Assembly (NCBI GenBank): GCA_946539445.1
Contig: CAMNHK010000002.1
Coordinates: 41,744 to 105,743 of the forward strand
DNA length: 64,000 nt
Reading direction: 5' to 3'
From: an uncultured Bacillales bacterium
GTDB taxonomy: Bacteria; Bacillota_I; Bacilli_A; RF39; UBA660
The translations under genes were made by a program, and so were the position numbers. The notes beneath the pieces were generated by a model. It did no database searches and had not been told where the DNA came from. It was given only the letters and a program-made list of their open reading frames with translations. Of the stretch, positions 63,008-64,000 are shown one piece after another; the first letter of the stretch is position 1; each line of letters opens with the position of its first letter.

Positions 63008-63931
63008 TTATGTATTATGTTTTTCCAAATAATCTTTAACAGGCCCATAACTTCTTCTATGTTCGGGAATAATCCCATATTCTTCAATAGCTTCCAAATG
63101 TTTTTTAGTAGGATAGCCAACGTTATTCTTAAAATCATACATTGGATATTTTTGGTCCAACTCCATCAACATACGATCACGAGTAACTTTTGCCAAAACA
63201 CTTGCCGCACTAATCGTAATACTCTTTAAATCTCCTTTAATAATAGGGGTTACTGGAATAGTAAGATCAAGTTTCATCGCATCCGTTAGTACATGTTCTG
63301 GTTGAATCTTACAATTATGAATAGCCTCGATCATAGCCTCTTTCGTTGCCTCATAAATATTAATTTCATCAATTCTCTTTTCATCTACAATTCCAATTCC
63401 ATAACTAATGGCTTGTTTTTTAATTTCCTCAAAAAAATATTCTCGTTTTTTCTCACTTAGTTTTTTACTATCGGTTAATCCATCTAATTGAAATGTCTCT
63501 GGTAAGATACAACAAGCAGCCACAACTGGTCCAACAAGGGGACCTCTACCCACTTCATCCACTCCACCAATAAGCTGGACTCCTTTTTTTCTAAGCTCTC
63601 TTTCATATCGATAGGTATCTTGTGATTCTAAATATAATTTTAATTTTTTGATAATAGCTTTATCTTCTATATTATTCGCATTTATTTTACGCTCCAAACA
63701 GTTATCTAAAGAAAGAAAGGAATAAGAATCGATTTTCTCAAACTCAGGAAGTTCTTCTACTACTTGAATAGAAACATTCGAAAGAGAAAACTCCTTCAAT
63801 GACTCTATTTCGAGGCAAGTACAATTCCTCATTACTCCATGACAAACTAAACTAGCATCCCCTACTATTACATATTGACTAGAATCAATAGGAATACTAT
63901 CTAAAACGGAAAATATTTCTTTTTTCGTCAT
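63008..63931 (-). CDS. rnhB: Ribonuclease HII with an extended N-terminal region
   Basis: [36 protein letters not shown] and [12 protein letters not shown]. The ATG at 63931 follows GGTGAT; the track start at 63943 is TTG. The catalytic core starts about residue 120. Confidence 0.9.
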   Translation of the reverse strand: MTKKEIFSVLDSIPIDSSQYVIVGDASLVCHGVMRNCTCLEIESLKEFSLSNVSIQVVEELPEFEKIDSYSFLSLDNCLERKINANNIEDKAIIKKLKLYLESQDTYRYERELRKKGVQLIGGVDEVGRGPLVGPVVAACCILPETFQLDGLTDSKKLSEKKREYFFEEIKKQAISYGIGIVDEKRIDEINIYEATKEAMIEAIHNCKIQPEHVLTDAMKLDLTIPVTPIIKGDLKSITISAASVLAKVTRDRMLMELDQKYPMYDFKNNVGYPTKKHLEAIEEYGIIPEHRRSYGPVKDYLEKHNT

Positions 63932-64000
63932 CTTTATCACCAATTCAATTGTCTAATAAGAACTCAAAAAATGCAAGAAAAAAAAGAATTGCTTATTGAA

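Noticed and set aside
1-64000. Scan for CRISPR arrays, tRNA or rRNA genes, IS elements, long nucleotide repeats, and toxin-antitoxin or defence islands
   Set aside because: Intergenic regions are short. All of them are accounted for by promoters, terminators, the one sRNA and the SOS control region. No direct-repeat/spacer pattern, cloverleaf-capable segment, transposase or recognisable defence gene was seen by eye. A computational repeat and covariance-model scan would be needed to be certain.

Overview
A very AT-rich Bacillota-type chromosomal segment with no rRNA, tRNA, CRISPR or recognisable mobile element. Almost everything is housekeeping and about 90% of genes are on the minus strand. 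Reading 5' to 3' on the minus strand (high to low coordinates), the content is as follows. (1) rnhB, topA, an unknown 244-aa gene, a Xer-type recombinase, a ComN-like gene, secDF, relA, dtd, an AI-2E transporter, an HExxH peptidase and hisS. (2) A 184-nt structured sRNA with its own promoter and terminator (6S-like by synteny with tcdA/yrvM), then an unknown gene, tcdA and another unknown gene. (3) A divergent SOS locus: lexA plus an unannotated 49-aa membrane peptide whose promoter carries a LexA box. (4) polA, mutM, pyk, and on the plus strand tmcAL and gmk. (5) A split cell-division/cell-wall (dcw) region. Block A is murG-murB-divIB, five tandem GT-C-like membrane proteins, a UGM-like flavoprotein and ftsA-ftsZ. 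Block B is murE, an HExxH protein, VanZ, a MOP flippase, pro-sigma-K, a deacetylase and yqeG-yqeH. Block C is mraZ-rsmH-ftsL-PBP2B followed by four N-terminally anchored unknown proteins. (6) A bicistronic unit of a DUF1292 protein and a 1235-aa coiled-coil protein with four tandem ~94-aa repeats. (7) Small redox genes (ArsC/Spx-family, superoxide reductase-like) and ybjQ. The strongest candidates for undescribed biology are the ~8.3-kb glycan-type insertion between divIB and ftsA, the giant repeat protein, the LexA-controlled micro-protein and the 6S-like RNA. All family calls come from motif recognition by eye. No database search or RNA folding program was run.
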